Origin: Stegostoma tigrinum
Lineage: Eukaryota
NCBI RefSeq assembly: GCF_030684315.1
Contig: NC_081363.1
Location: forward strand, 86,904,184 to 86,968,183
Reading direction: 5' to 3'
Length of the DNA stretch: 64,000 bases
In this document: positions 1 through 13,997 of the stretch, one piece after another
Position numbering within the stretch: the stretch's first letter is position 1
Layout: every line of letters begins with the position of its first letter
Position numbers and translations under genes: made by a program
Notes under the pieces: model-generated
What the model saw: only the letters and a program-made list of their open reading frames with translations
Databases searched by the model: none
Told to the model about the DNA's origin: nothing

Positions 1-1223
1 GCTGCTTAAAGGCAAATAGGGACAGGTAGTAAATGCTGGCCTAGTCACCGATGCTCACACCCCATGAGCGAATTTTTTAAAAAAGAAGTTTGGTCCTTCT
101 GTTGTTTGCTGTTCTGCAGGTTTGTAAATGCAAGTTGTTTTCAAACATGTGTACAGATGGTGTTACTTTACTGTGTTTTCAGTTGGAAGCAATCTCCTTT
201 GGGGCATGTCAAAATATGGATGAGTCCAAGATATGTAGTTACTCTAGCAGGGATGCTGTGATGTTTATTAAATTCTGTGAACCAGAATTGAAACCACCTA
301 ACGCTGTGTTGAAAGTATTTATGGCATAGATTTTCTGTCCTTTTTTGGTCTGTATGACAGATTAAATTGCCATAAGATATTTACTGGAGAGGTTTGTATG
401 GGCCACGAACACTGGCATTTGAGTCAGTCTTTATATCTTAGGAAGTTCTATATATAATATTTGGATCCTGGGACTGCTAAAGTTTAAACAATATGTTCGG
501 ATGTATATTTGTAGTTGGTCAAAGTACACTACTGTAGTATTATTTTTCTCCAAATGAAGCTAAAGATTCTTTTCAGCAAGCAGGTTGAAGAATTTATTTC
601 TTAAAAGAAAAGAAGATGCAGTGTTTTATTTTAGAGGAAAAAGGAAAGCTCAAAATAACCAGAATTAAATTTAGAGGCTTGAACTACTTGACAAGTCATA
701 AACGACTTGAGTTTTATTTACTGTTCATTTTAACATTTTCAGACATTAAAGTTCATATGTATATTTGAGTCAATTAATTGTTTGATTGATCTGTTTCGTC
801 AAAGTGGTTAAAATTTAAATAAAAAAGAGCAGACCGTGAGGGATATAGGAGAATTTGTCTTAATGGTGCCAGTGGATCATTGAATATTGAATGCAGAGCA
901 TTTGTTCAGCATTTTATAGGGACAGAAGGTCATTCAGCTTTTTGAGCCTGTTCTGCCAAACAGAGATCATAGCTGATCTGTGGCCTAACTCCATATACCT
1001 GTCTTTGGCCCATGTCCCTTTGCTTTGTCTATCTCCGATTTTAAAATTAGCAACTCACCTAGCATCTGCTGCCACCTGTGGAAGAGATTTCCAGCTCTCT
1101 ACCTTGCTTAGTGTGTAGAAGAGCTTTGTCATGTCTTTCCTGAACAGTGTATCCCAAATTTTTAGACAATGCCCCATAGTTCTGGAATCCCCAAACAGTG
1201 GAAATAGTTTATCTATATTTTTC

Positions 1224-1342
1224 AGAGATAGTAGGGACTGCAGATGCTGGAGAATCTGAGATAACAAGGTGTAGAGCAGGATGAACACAGCAGGCCAAGC
1301 AGCGTCAGAGGAGCAGGAAGGCTGATGTTTCGGGCCTAGACT
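1224..1342 (-). mobile_element. Penelope 3' end fragment nested in an old CR1
   Basis: agagatagtagggactgcagatgctggagaatc...gtttcgggcctagac is the reverse complement of the Penelope 3' UTR seen at 28730-28846. Confidence 0.75.
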
Positions 1343-1512
1343 CAATCTACTACACGTCCAAGATGAATCTTTTTCAGCACAGATTCTTTGAATCATTTAT
1401 CATCTACAAAAGAGGCTAGGTCCAAAAGGTACAAAATGAATCTTTGTACTCCAGTCATCTTGATATAAAGACTGCCAATTTTTTTTTTTTAGCTCTCTTG
1501 ATTATATTCTGC

Positions 1513-1653
1513 GACAGCAAGATCTGCAGAGTCAGAATCAATAGTGTGGAACAGAGGAATACGGCAGGATCCTGATGAAGCATATAAACCCAAAACACAG
1601 ACTTTCCTGCTCCTCTGATGCCTGAACTTCTGTATTCCTTCATCTCTATTCTT
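1513..1653. mobile_element. Older inverted Penelope 3' end with decayed HHR (ctgatgaag at 1572)
   Basis: TSD ttgatta(t/c)attctgc at 1498-1512 and 1654-1668; - piece followed by + piece. Confidence 0.65.
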
Positions 1654-2393
1654 TTGATTACATTCTGCACCTGTTCATGATCTTTTAATGATCTATGCAC
1701 CTGAACCCCAGGTCTTTTTGGACATCTGCTGTATTTAACTTGCCATCTAGAAAGTACTCTGATCTATCCTTTGAGTCCAAAATGGATAACCTCACACTTC
1801 CAGTGTCTGCCACAGATGTCTGTTCAATTAGTCTATCAATAATGCTTTGTAGTGTAATGCTATCATCTATGCTGCCTACAAGTCACCTAACTTTGTGTCA
1901 TCAGCAAATTTGGACAGATGACTCTCTCTGCCATTATCCATGTCATTAATAAATAATGTATACAAATAAGTCCCTAGCTCAGTTGTTCGTGAACTCCACT
2001 GGATACATCCTGCAAGTTTGACTACTGCACTCAGAACTTGAGAATACTTCCATTGGCATCCTACATACTTAAAACAAGTGTTGCTGTTGAGAGCCCTGTC
2101 AGAGTGTCTTTGAGTAGAGTTCCTTCACTGCTCATTTAGGTGCACTGTTCCATCTTATTTCAAATGGCCAAGGAACCAGTCTGTATTGCTCAAAATAAAA
2201 GACCAACTGATTTGGTTTTACTCTATTTGCATTGATATAGTATTTTCTACTTGGAGTCCTATAGCATGGAAACGGTCCTTCGGTTCAATTCATCCTCACT
2301 GACTAGACAATCAAATCGTTAGTAAATAATGTGAACATTCGAGGTCTTAACACAGTTTCTTGTGGAACATCACTGGTCAAATCATGTCAATTT

Positions 2394-2509
2394 ATAGAAC
2401 ATTACAGCACAGTACAGGCCCTTCGGCCCTCGATGTTGTGCCAACCTGTCATACCGATCTGAAGCCCATCTAACCTACACTGTTCCGTGTACGTCCATAT
2501 GCTTGTCCA
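2394..2509 (-). mobile_element. CR1 3' UTR fragment
   Basis: atagaacattacagcacagtacaggcccttcggccc; nearly identical to 8081-8200 and 30960-31080. Confidence 0.8.
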
Positions 2510-3248
2510 TTATTGAGTACCATTATCCTAACTTAGTGCCCTTATCAAAAGATAGCATAAAAGCACGGCTTGCGTGAACGTAAAGTATTCGCTCAAATTC
2601 TAGAAGAGGTTTGAATATTGAATATTTGGAAAAATTCATTAGAAAAATAGATTCTGAATAAATAAATGCTTGAGATGTGGCCTCATTACGTGCATGTGAA
2701 TGTTCAAGAATGGAAAGTAAACCTTTATTCTCTGCACAGATTGCATCTTTCAGAATATATTTAAAAATACTTTTAATATGAAAGATGCTCCCTCAAGTTA
2801 ATGGCAGAACCAGTGTAAAAGTTTGATTGTGTTAAGTAATTGATGTTATTATCACCTCCAGTTTTATGATTGGTAGTAATTGGTAGAGCTTTCCTATTGG
2901 CCTGTTGGTAATTGATATGCTGAATACCAGTCTGTGCTTCTTCAAATGTGTTAAAGTTAGCAGCTACCTTGAGTACTTTATTTATAATTGAAAACAAAGA
3001 TACAATTTGTGCCTGTCAGATCTGAAAAGTATTCTGTGCTGAATCTTCCATAGCATAACAACCAGCAGAGAGACTTCTTTTTTAAATTTTTAATAAAGAA
3101 CATTTTGAAACTGTCTTTCAAGTTATTGAGTTGCTCTGAAAAACGTTACACTTTTTCATTGACATTTGTTTGTACAATTGCTTTTCTTTATAAACAGTGA
3201 TAGTTTAAACTACTACTGGTACGCTGAGAGTGAACTTTTGTAATTTTA

Positions 3249-3371
3249 GAGATAGTAGGAACTGCCGATGTGGGAGAATCTGAGAACACGATGTGAAGCT
3301 GGATGAACACAGGCCAAGCAGCATCAGAGGAGCAGGAAAGCTGACATTTTGCGTCGAGGCCTTTCTTCAGT
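3249..3371 (-). mobile_element. Penelope 3' end, 5'-truncated at the HHR core
   Basis: 13-bp TSD ttttgtaatttta at 3236-3248 and 3374-3386. Ends in ttcttcag, the reverse complement of CTGAAGAA. Confidence 0.75.
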
Positions 3372-3694
3372 AATTTTGTAATTTTATACTGGTCTCTTTT
3401 TTTTTAATTAAAAACATGTTCTGTAGTGCATATAATAAATGAATAGTTAGGTTGATATCATTTTACTAAATTCAGCAGTTACCTTTTAGTACTGCCCAGC
3501 AATTAATTTCAGTTCATTGTTTCGTTCTTCTAACTCACTGAATCAAATTTTTTGTTTTGGTGCCAAATTCCTACTCTGCCTGCCACTTTGGGCCTTCAGA
3601 ACAAGTCTTGTGATATTAATTGTACGCCGAAAGAATCTCTCAATGTATGTGAATTTGTTTTTTTTGCACTGAGCAGCTGCATTAGCTTAAATTA

Positions 3695-3880
3695 CAAACA
3701 GATGACGTTGGAAGTACACAGCCTGTCAGTCAGCATCTGTTGAGAGAAAGAAAAGTTCAATATTTCAGGTCTGAAACATTAGCTATCATTTTCTCCCTCT
3801 TGGTGCTTGCTAATCAGCAGGGTATTTCCAGCACTTTTGTTTATGTTACAGATTTCTAACCATTTGCAGGATCTGGCTTT
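3695..3880. mobile_element. Old fold-back Penelope 3' end (family 2)
   Basis: Degenerate inverted arms centred on tttcagg/tctgaaa at ~3770; resembles 7593-7812. Confidence 0.5.
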
Positions 3881-4508
3881 CATATAACTGCAGTTTTATG
3901 GTTATCATGTGGGAAACAGAAACGTGGTTATGCCTAATGTTTCCGTGACCTTTCAAATAATGATATTTCCTTAATTTTTTCTATAATAACAAAGATTTTT
4001 CATTGTAACGCTCCCAGGCTTTGTTCTAAATAATGTTACAGTTTAATAACAACAGCACTTTGTATTTACATGTTTCTTTTTATTATGATAAACTTTCTGT
4101 GGTCTTTCAATGGAGTTTTACAGTGTCAAGTGTTTAAGAGCCATCTTCAAACAAAGAAGGAGTTTTGTTTTGTTTATGGGATGTGGCCATGCTGATAAAG
4201 CCAGGGTTACTACTCATCCCTGAATGCTAGCACATTCTCAAATACAAGTTACCTGCTTGCAATGCTGCATTCTTGGTGGTGTTAGGAGCAGTGAGGTTTG
4301 GTTGTAAGCAGCTAAGACCTAGCCTTAAAGGTGAAGGGAATAATTAAAACTAAGGATGTTCACATGAGCATAAATTTTGACGGTTGTGGTGTTGTAGGAG
4401 TTTAGAGATTGGGGAGAGGTTTGGCTATGAGGATTTTGAGAATGATGAGAATTTTAAAAGTGAAATATTGCTTAGCTAGAGGCAATACAGGTCAAGCAGC
4501 ATAATGGT

Positions 4509-4710
4509 AACAAAGTGTGGAGCTGAATGAACACAGCAGGCCAAGCAGCATCTTAGGAGCACAAAAGTTGACGTTCCGGGCCTTTTCTGATAGTCTAGGC
4601 CTGAAATGCCAACTTTTATGCTCGTAAGATGCTGCTTGCCTGCTGTGTTCATCCAGCTCCACACTTTGTCATCTTGGATTCTCCAGCATCTGCAGTTCCC
4701 ATTATCTCTA
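4509..4710. mobile_element. Short fold-back Penelope 3' end (decayed HHR at the turn)
   Basis: Inverted arms around ~4583-4596. TSD cagcataatggt at 4497-4508 and 4713-4724. Confidence 0.8.
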
Positions 4711-4854
4711 ACCAGCATAATGGTGATTAAATGGGACTTCATGAATCCATCAGCATTCATTTACGTCTGGAGTGTTTCATTTAATTTCAGGTGGAAAAAG
4801 CATCCCTTAGTGTTGACTGACAGTCTTGAAAGGTACCTTTTTTCAAAAAAAAAA

Positions 4855-4983
4855 GAACTGAAGAACTGTGGATGCTGGAATTCAGAACAAGAAGGGTCAC
4901 TGGACCTGAAATGTTAACTCTGCTTTCTCTCCACAGAAATTGCCAGACCTGCTGAGATTTTCCAGAAATTTCTGTTCTTGTTT
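4855..4983. mobile_element. Inverted Penelope 3' end (family 2)
   Basis: A - strand terminal piece (aagaactgtggatgctgg) joined to a + strand piece that starts at gaagggtcactggacctgaaatgtt (HHR remnant). Confidence 0.65.
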
Positions 4984-6076
4984 TTCAAAATCTGATGAAG
5001 TAATATTTCAATATTGTCTATAGTTCAGGCTGGCCTTTCGAGTTAGTTCTGGTGGTCTTTTAACTGGAAATAAATAATCAGCACAGCTCTCCAAGTACTA
5101 TTCTGTTAGTTGGAAATAAATGAGAGCTACACCAGGATTTCGAGGAGACCACACCCTCTTGTTTTTGAGATGCTAAATCAGAACTTCTCAAATATGTATT
5201 TTACCTTCAATCTCTGCATTATTCCTACAGGCCTACAAGGTCTAAATTGACCATATGAAGTGTTGGAAAGTGTAACAGTAAGAGCTGTTTCTGCATTTGT
5301 ATCTTCAGTGCTGCAGAATATTGAAAATTGTATGATGATATCATGTGGTCACTGGTCAGCTGATGGCTGGAGTTGATATAACTTGACCCTTTAAACTCAA
5401 TCTAAACAGCACCTACAGTGCAAAAAGTAGTGTGAATTGTTTCTAAACATCACTTAAGCATGGTTGCTTTGCATTATACTGCTTGAATAGATAAGGTAAG
5501 CTTGATTATTTAGTACATGTTATCAGTGGAATACTTCCACATCAAGCAATACTTGTCACCAGCAGAAATACTGATTGTGCTTTCATGAGAATGGCAAATT
5601 TAAAAGCAAAGTTTAATCAGATGAATATGGGTTTTTAAAAGTATTAAGAAATTAGTTATTTTTTGTACATTGTCCATCAAGAAAAACTGTGTTCATTGTA
5701 CCTTTTAGTAAAATTTGCATAAGTTGGTGAAAAAACAATAGTGAACTAATTGGTTGGAGTTCTTGAGTGAATATAATTAAAATAAATAGATTCTTCAAAA
5801 TGCTGAATTGAAATAATTAGGAAGTGCTGATCTCCATGTTTTCTCAATAAATTTCATAAATGCATGTAGATCACATTCCTAAAGATTTCGACTTGCTTAC
5901 ATGAGAAAATATTGTGCTGGACAAGGCCAGCTATTCTATCAAGCCTGTCTCACATTCATCATGGGTAGACCATCTTGGGCATTCCGTTGTTCGTATAATC
6001 TAGTAAAGGCCAACCTATTCTTTCTGAGGTGCTCTGCCCAAAACTGAGGGTGCAACGTAGTCACTGTCCTATGTTT

Positions 6077-6150
<74 letters not shown>
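6077..6150. repeat. (CT)n microsatellite
   Basis: About 36 CT units, seen directly. Confidence 0.97.
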
Positions 6151-6153
<3 letters not shown>

Positions 6154-7390
6154 GCCCTGTGCAGTGTTCTTTTTCACATAATAATTCAGATTCCTCTTGA
6201 ATGTATGATTGCAGAATGGCAGTACTGCTCCAAAAGGGGTCCCAGTAAGACTTTAAACAATGAAAACACCTCTTCCTACATTTAAAATTTTAGTGATTTC
6301 GTATATCTGAACACACAAATGGTCTTGGAAATTGTTTCTAGCCACTTGCCAGATGTGAAATATTTTGATTTGTCATCCTTGGATCCAAAGTGATGACTTT
6401 ATACTTTGCCACATTCTTTGAACTCCATTGAGCTCCATCTGTCACTGTTTTGATCACTCAGTTAATCTGTCAATCCCAATGTATTACCTTCTGCTCCCAT
6501 AACTTACTACGCATTTCAATTTAGTGTCATTTGCAAATTTGGATATGCAGCTCTCTATTCCTTTATTCAGGTTATGTACATATATGATGAAAGGCTTCAA
6601 ATCAGATTCTTGAAATGCCACTCAATCAGGATACTTATTTCACTACTCAGACTCCTACGTACTGACCAATTTGTCACTTTTATTAATATTCAGATATCAT
6701 GTTTAGAAAAATACTAATGAAGAATAGATGAGTCAATAATTGATGTAAATTTGAGTTTTGAAATAATGGAAATTTATTTAAGGTATCCATAAACAAGTGT
6801 CGCTTTTGTGCTTTATAGACCATAAGATAAAAGTTTCAAATGTAATTGATTCATTTAAAGAGTTTGCTAAGAAAATGGAAACTTTAACAGCTTGTACCTT
6901 TTGTGTAAATGTAGATTTCTTTGTGACGGTCCCTGTTAAACTGTTAGGCTCCTGTCTGATAACACATTGCATGACCCGCAACAAAACAACAAAAAAAAGG
7001 TTGTTTAACTAAAGTTTATCTGGCCTATTTGTCTGTCATTGGCAGAGGGAGAAGTTTCTGTAAATGTTACCTAATCTGAGGGGAATTTCATCCAGTTGTG
7101 TGATAGGTTAATGGCAGATTTTTCTAGTACCATGGAGACTACATAATATCAGTTGTAAAACAAGGTGATCTCCCATTCTTGAAGTTGATGTTTATTAGCC
7201 TATGGGCTCTGCTGCACAGTTTTATTGTTTGGTATAGAATCACTGCTACTGACTAATTTTCCCAAGAGTACACTCATTGAAAAATTGAGTTGAATGCTAC
7301 TGGATAGGACTTGTTAATTATTGCAAATTCCTTAGGGTGTGCACATTATAATTCAGCTGTGGAATATTCTCTCAAGTGGAATGCTGATGA

Positions 7391-7812
<422 letters not shown>

Positions 7813-8080
7813 TTTGGTTCATCTGGGTCATTTTAACACATTTTATTTTTATTTCAGATATGAATAGAAGTATTTATTGTACCATGGTTATCTTGTATTT
7901 CAACAGACATCCATAAGACTTAATTTTGCTTTGTACTTTTTCAGATAAAATTACTTTTATAATGAACAGAATTTCTTTGAGTTGTTGAAGTAATATTTGT
8001 TGTTTTCCAATGTCCTTTTACTTTGTGTATATATTCCATGTCATATCTAAAGCTTCCAAATTCTGTAATTTTCTGACTCC

Positions 8081-8673
8081 ATAGAACTTTACAGCACAGT
8101 ACAGGCCCTTCGGCCCTCAATGTTGTGCCGACCTGTCATACTGATCTCAAGCCCATCTAACCTACACTACTCCATGTACGTCCATATGCTTGTCCAATGA
8201 CAACTTAAATGTACCTAAAGTTGGCAAATCTACTACCGTTGCAGGCAAAGCGTTCCATTCCCTTACTACTCTGAGTAAAGAAACCACCTCCTGACATCTG
8301 TCCTATATCTTTCACCCCTCGATTTAAAGCTATGCCCCCTCGTGCTCGCCGTCACCATCCTAGGAAAAAGGCTCTCCCTATCCACCCTATCTAACCCTCT
8401 GATTATTTTATATGTTTCAATTAAGTCACCTCTCAATCTTCTCTCTAATGAAAACAGCCTCAAGTCCCTCAGCCTTTCCTCGTAAGACCTTCCCTCCATA
8501 CCAGGCAACATCCTAGTAAATCTCCTCTGCACCCTTTCCAAATCTTCCACATCCTTCTTATAATGCGGTGACCAGAACTATACGCAATACTCCAAGTGCG
8601 GCCGCACCAGAGTTTTGTACAGCTGCAGCATAACCTCTTGGTTCCGGAACTTGATCCCTCTATTAATAAAAGC
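8081..8673 (-). mobile_element. Young CR1 LINE 3' end
   Basis: ORF 8266..8550 LERVQRRFTRMLPGM...LRGDLIETYKI...TRGH, plus the 3' UTR. Confidence 0.92.
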
Positions 8674-9139
8674 ATGTTGGTTTGTATTTAATTATAAAAC
8701 ACATTGTTGCTATGACACAAGGTCATCTAGCTCAATTGTCTTTCACCTGGAGTCTAGAAATGAATCGGATTCATTGAAGTGACCTCAATAACATTACTCA
8801 AGTTAAAATTATACTGTCAATAGTCACTGTTTTTGATCCTTGCAACCAAAATTCTCCATGTATAAGAGGTCAATGCTGTGTATAGAATTCCATTTGGAAT
8901 ACCAGCAGAGATGACTTTGAGCAAATTCAGTTATCTGATTGTTTTTTGCAGTTAACACTATTTTGAACAGTCCTCCAGATGCTGCCTTAGAGACATCCTG
9001 ATTCCACTCCTATTTGTTTGTTTGTTTTCTGTTTCTTGTAGTACAACCTGTGCAGCCATACGTTTATACCTCTATCTGAGAAATTAGATAGCTGACTACC
9101 TATTTCTAACTAGCAGTTGGATTGGCTATACAGTGGAAA

Positions 9140-9740
9140 GATCAAATGCTTATCTCCTTTACTGTAAGGAAAATAATCCGTGTCTTTCTGGCATAACTTT
9201 GTAATTTAAAATCCTCCAGCTCTGGAACTATTCTGCTAAATCTCGTCAGTACCCCATCAAAGATTGCATCTAAAGTGTGGTGACCAGAACTGCTAAAAAT
9301 ACTCTAGTTTAGCATAAATAATTTCTGTCTTTGACCCAGAGTCTTTGTTTATGAAGCCAAATGCCCCATACGTTTTGCTGATCATTCTTTATTTATCACA
9401 TAACCTTCAACAGTCAATACACATGAACTTCCAAGTTGCTTTGTGCATAGAAGCTCTAAAGAATTGTACTCTTGATTTGATGTTCCTCTCCGTAACTTTT
9501 CCAACAAAAAGCATCACCCGGCAGTTGTCTACTAAAGTCCATCTGCCTACCTGTTATGCTGGCCTGTGTACATCCTGTTACAAGCAATTTGTATTATCCT
9601 AACTATATTTTGTCACTCTTCCACGTTTGGTATTGTCAGTAAGTTTTGAAACTTCGTTTCATGTTCCAAGATTTAAGTCATTCTTATCTAGAAAAAATGC
9701 ACCAGCCCTAGCATCGACTCTCTGGGAACACCACTCTGAA
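9140..9740 (-). mobile_element. Old CR1 ORF2 fragment
   Basis: - strand SGVPRESMLGL (RT GVPQGS motif) and a QFWSPH remnant. Confidence 0.65.
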
Positions 9741-10084
9741 TGCAAACATCTTGATAGCTATGGGTGATTTGAATGTAAAAGTTAGAGAAAGATGGGGAAA
9801 TGTAGTGGATGTTTATGGACCATGAATGAAGAACAATACAGGGCAGTGCCTTACCTCTGAGGAAAATAAAGCGATTATCTTCAAGCAACAGCCAAAATGA
9901 CTGTACACCTTGAAGAATTCTGATCATCAATGAGATGTACAAAAAATGTCCAAGCATTGACATCGATTTAACCTGCAGGTAATGAAAATAAAGATCAAGC
10001 TGAAAAATCTCAAAGACCTAGCTAACCAAAACAGACTGAAAGGGGAAAATAAAATAACAGCGTGGATGATGTTGATGTTGATGT

Positions 10085-10214
10085 TGATGTTTTGGGTCAG
10101 GACCCTTCTTCGGAAACTTTCCTGCTCCTCTGGTGCTGACTGGCCTGCTGTGTTCCTCCAGCTCCATACTGTGTTACCTTCTGGCTCCAGCATCTGCAAT
10201 TCTTACTGTCTCTG
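10085..10214. mobile_element. Inverted Penelope 3' end preceded by a (GATGTT)n run
   Basis: A - strand HHR remnant (gacccttcttcgg) joined to the + strand 3' UTR ...cagcatctgcaattcttactgtctct. Confidence 0.65.
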
Positions 10215-10989
10215 AAAGAGGAAAATATTTGAACATGGTGTAGAAGCAATGAGCAAGAGTGAAAATTAAGAAATAACCAACCAAGATCTTTAGCGAGGAG
10301 AAAACACAAAAAGACATTGAGAAAAATTAAAACAGTGCATGAAATGCACAGGAGCTGAGACTGTTCAGAGAGGAGCAAGCATCAAGAATGGATGATTGAT
10401 GAAATAGTTGATATGCAGAGAAAAGAAAATAGATTTAAGAACAATAAGGAAGAACGTAACAGTTGAAAGATGTGAAAAGAGTAACCATGGAGCAGCCATG
10501 GAAAACGATTGGGGAAACGTTGTAACATGAGAACAGTGCACAAGAAAGTCAATGTTCAAGGGTGAGAATGAAAGAATAACTCCAATAGTGTTATGTAAAA
10601 AACATGGAAGGTCTGTGTCTCTTTGGCAAAACAATGATAGAGGAACAAGGAGTGGAATAAGCCCAAGAACTGGTGATAATGAAGAGGGAAGTGAATTGGT
10701 ACCATGAGAGGGAAGACAAGGACCAGAGAAAGTAGTGGCACTGGTCAGTGCTGTGGTCCAAAAGATTGAGACAGTAGAATGCCTGAAATCCCCAAATGAT
10801 GTTAATATTGGGATATTGACAGACCTTTTGCAGCGTAGTTTACGAAACAGGATTCCTGTGTGAGGATTTTGTGCAGTCAGGGTTCATTTCGGACTTTTTG
10901 GTTGCTTTGGAAGCTGAGAGCTTGGAGCGAAAGACAAAAATAGAGTTGAGCCATGTTATTAAAATAACTTTAATAATTGCTTTTGAAAA

Positions 10990-11690
10990 CAGTGACCAGT
11001 CTCTCTGAGCAGATTTGGACAGCCATTCAGGCTAACAAGAAAGGAATAAGAGAACATCTTTGAGAGTGCTAATTGAAAGATTACAAAAGTGCAGATGCCT
11101 GGCTGTGTATGCTTTTATAGCCTGAGAAGGTATTGGATGGAGATTAGCATAAGAAAATAATGCAATGTTGAAGATAGAAATTGTTAAAGATGGATCATTG
11201 TGTTATGAGACCTAATAATGGCTTGTCAGACAGCTTAACAAGCAAAGGTGGAGTGTATCAGAGACGTATATGTCCTCTAAAGTATTTAATCTGTACATTG
11301 AAGCTATCGTCAGAGATAGGAAATCCTACCAGGTTGTAATGTGGGTTGAATGTTAACAACTTGATTTTCAGAGTTGATACAATGTAGAGCTGGAGGACCA
11401 CAGCAAGTCAGGCAGCATCAGAGGAGCAGGGAATCAACATTTCAGGTTAAAACCTTTCATCAGGATCTGACGCTGCTTGACCTGTGTTCCTCCACCTCCA
11501 CACTGTATTGACTCTGACAGAAGCATCTGCAGTTCTTGCTATTTCCTTGATTTTCACAGATGCCCCTGCACTGACTGACTGAGTCATAAGAGTTGGGATT
11601 TGTAAAACAAACCAAATCAAGGAATGAGGAGCATGGATCAAGAATGTGAAGAGACAACCAAGACACAATGAAGACAAACTGAGGCCTGAC
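10990..11690 (+). mobile_element. Very decayed RTE-like RT fragment (interrupted by Penelope 11374-11545)
   Basis: Remnants resembling QFGFR..KG.RE.IF..R.LIER and GV.Q....S...FNLYIE. Confidence 0.4.
11374..11545. mobile_element. Fold-back Penelope 3' end
   Basis: TSD cttgattttca(g/c)ag at 11360-11373 and 11546-11559. The turn is at ctttcatcag, the reverse complement of CTGATGAAAG. Confidence 0.72.
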
Positions 11691-11699
11691 ACTGGAAGT

Positions 11700-12220
11700 G
11701 AGAATTGAAGTAAATGGACACATCCTGAAGTTTTATTTTAGTCGATGTACAAGAAAGCATCCCATCTGGATGCTTCAGAGCATGGTGTGGCGACTGCTCT
11801 CCCCAAGATCGCAAGAAACCAGAGACAGTCATGAACACAGCCCAATCCATCTCACAAACCAGCCTTCCATCCAATGACTGTATCCTCTCTGCCTCAGGAA
11901 AGCAACCAAGCTAACCCAAGACCCCTCCCATCTTGGTTATACCCTCTTCCATCTTCTTCTGTTGGGCATAAGATGTAAAATTTTGAATACATGTACAAAT
12001 AGATTCAAGAATAGCTTCCGTTCTGTTATTAAACTTCTGTATTGATCTCTGAAATGTTAATTCTGATCTGTCTGTCTGCCTGCACCTTTCTCTGTGGCTG
12101 TAACACTATATTCTGTACTCTGTTCTACTACCCTGATGCACCTTGTATGGTATGATCTGCCTGTACACATTTCATTGTATCCTGGTACATGTGACAACAC
12201 TAAATCAATCAGTCAATCAA
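11700..12220 (+). mobile_element. Rex1/Babar LINE 3' end
   Basis: RCT.ESI.SGC..AW.G.CS.QDRKK...V.NTAQSISQTSLPS...DPSH.GY.LF.LL..G; terminal (TCAA)n. Confidence 0.75.
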
Positions 12221-12491
12221 CCAGCATATCCTGAAGTAAATGGACGCTTCCTGAACCAAACGGACATGCTTTGGGCAGATCGCCACAGATAATGAAAGAT
12301 GGGCTGTTGAAACCTATAGAAATTTGAAATGACCAATAAGTGAATTAATATCTCTCTGTCGCTGCATTCTCTAAAAGCACTTCTTCCAAAAAGGTGTCTT
12401 TCAATGTAGAAATTCAATATTAGATTGCTTCTTGCTCGTCTCCATCACAAAGCCAAACTTTTCATGATGCACTGATCACTCTCTCACCCAT

Positions 12492-12588
12492 TTCGATGAA
12501 GGTTCATCAAACTTGAAATGTTAGCTCTGCTCTCTATCCACAGATGTTACCAGACCTGAGTTTTACTGGCAATTTCGGTTTTTGCTTC
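12492..12588 (+). mobile_element. Penelope 3' end fragment (family 2, decayed HHR)
   Basis: gatgaaggttcatcaaacttgaaatgttagctctg...cagatgttaccagacctgag matches the 4890-4980 piece. Confidence 0.55.
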
Positions 12589-13432
12589 TTACCCAAATGT
12601 TCAGCCACAGTCACTCAGTCCATTTGGTCGACATCATTCTCTGACATCAGGTTTTGCATCACCTGCTTTCTAGTTTGACTGAGAGCATGTTGATTAAGCA
12701 CAGTTTAGAAATCCCTTTCTCTTGTCCTTTTTGTTAACTAATCAAATCTAAAGTCTAAGTAAAGTCTCCCCATGTTACCACTCTATAGTTCACACACAAC
12801 TCTTGGCTTCTCTGCTGATTTATTCCTTAATCTTCCTCTGTGGCTCAAAATATTCCAAATCCTCTGGTCTTGCCTTTTCACTTCTCACCTCTAATCGAAT
12901 GGATTCTTATGTCTCCAGAACATCGGGCTTTTTATCTCTACCATGTTTACCCTCATTAGTACTGTGAATCTACCTCCTTTTTTTTTCTCCTCCTCCATCT
13001 TCGCTGAACACCTTATTCTTGTACATTTAAGTAGCGAGTCCTCAAATTTCCTGCCAAGCTCAGGTCAATTGCAAGCTGTCTACTGCCACTGGAGTTGAGA
13101 TTGTTTAATCCTGAAATGAATTTGCTTGCTTTACCCATTTACTTTGCCTGAAAAATCAAGACTTTTTTAAAGTGCATAAATCTGAATGAGAACTTGAAGC
13201 CTATTTTCAGACAATTAATAGGCCAGAGGAAAGCATCAGGTCTGGATATTAAGAGGGGAAAAAAAATGACTGAAATGGCAGGAGATGGTAATTGGAATTA
13301 TTGACCTACTTGTTTTTTATTTTTGTGTAAGAAATGACTATTATGCTGGGAAATTTCTAAAAAAAAAACGCATCTGCATAGAGCCCATATCACAATTAGA
13401 AATATTATTTATCATCGTTCTCTTAAAACTAA

Positions 13433-13672
<240 letters not shown>

Positions 13673-13934
13673 TGATGTTCAGGCACTAATTAGGTTGGAC
13701 TAATTCCTTAAACCCTCATCAAATTGTGTAAAATCAGAGAAGACTGTTGGAATGCTTTCACAGTAAAGTAAGACTTCCTCTTGTATCATGCCTTTCATGA
13801 TATGAGGGTGTTTCCAAGTCCTTTACAGATATTGAGGTGAAAATTTTGCTGTACAGTCACTATTGTAGGGAATGCAACAACAAGTTTCTATAAACTGCAA
13901 TTGGTGGTGATGATGATGACCAAGTAAATCACCT

Positions 13935-13997
13935 CTGTTCATCCAGCTTCACACTTTGTTATCTTGGATTCTCCAGCATCTGCAGTTCCCATTATCC
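13935..13997 (+). mobile_element. Very short Penelope 3' terminus
   Basis: TSD tgaccaagtaa at 13917-13927 and 14002-14012. Confidence 0.7.

Larger units (their letters stand above)
915..2015 (-). mobile_element. Old CR1 LINE fragments (interrupted by two Penelope inserts)
   Basis: - strand IDKLFPLFGDSRTMGHCLKI (CR1 ORF2 C-terminus) and an RT FADDTKL-type remnant near 1890-1910. Confidence 0.7.

Noticed and set aside
4509-4710. Short hairpin elements as miRNA genes or DNA-transposon MITEs
   Set aside because: The arms are Penelope 3' UTR sequence, the ends are asymmetric and TSD lengths vary (about 11-17 bp), as expected for target-primed retrotransposition.
4781-4830. ttaatttcag|gtggaaaaag as an upstream TTBK2 exon (RWK)
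   Set aside because: The following codons (KHPLVLTD) do not match VLRKIGGGGFGEIY. The upstream exons are outside the window.
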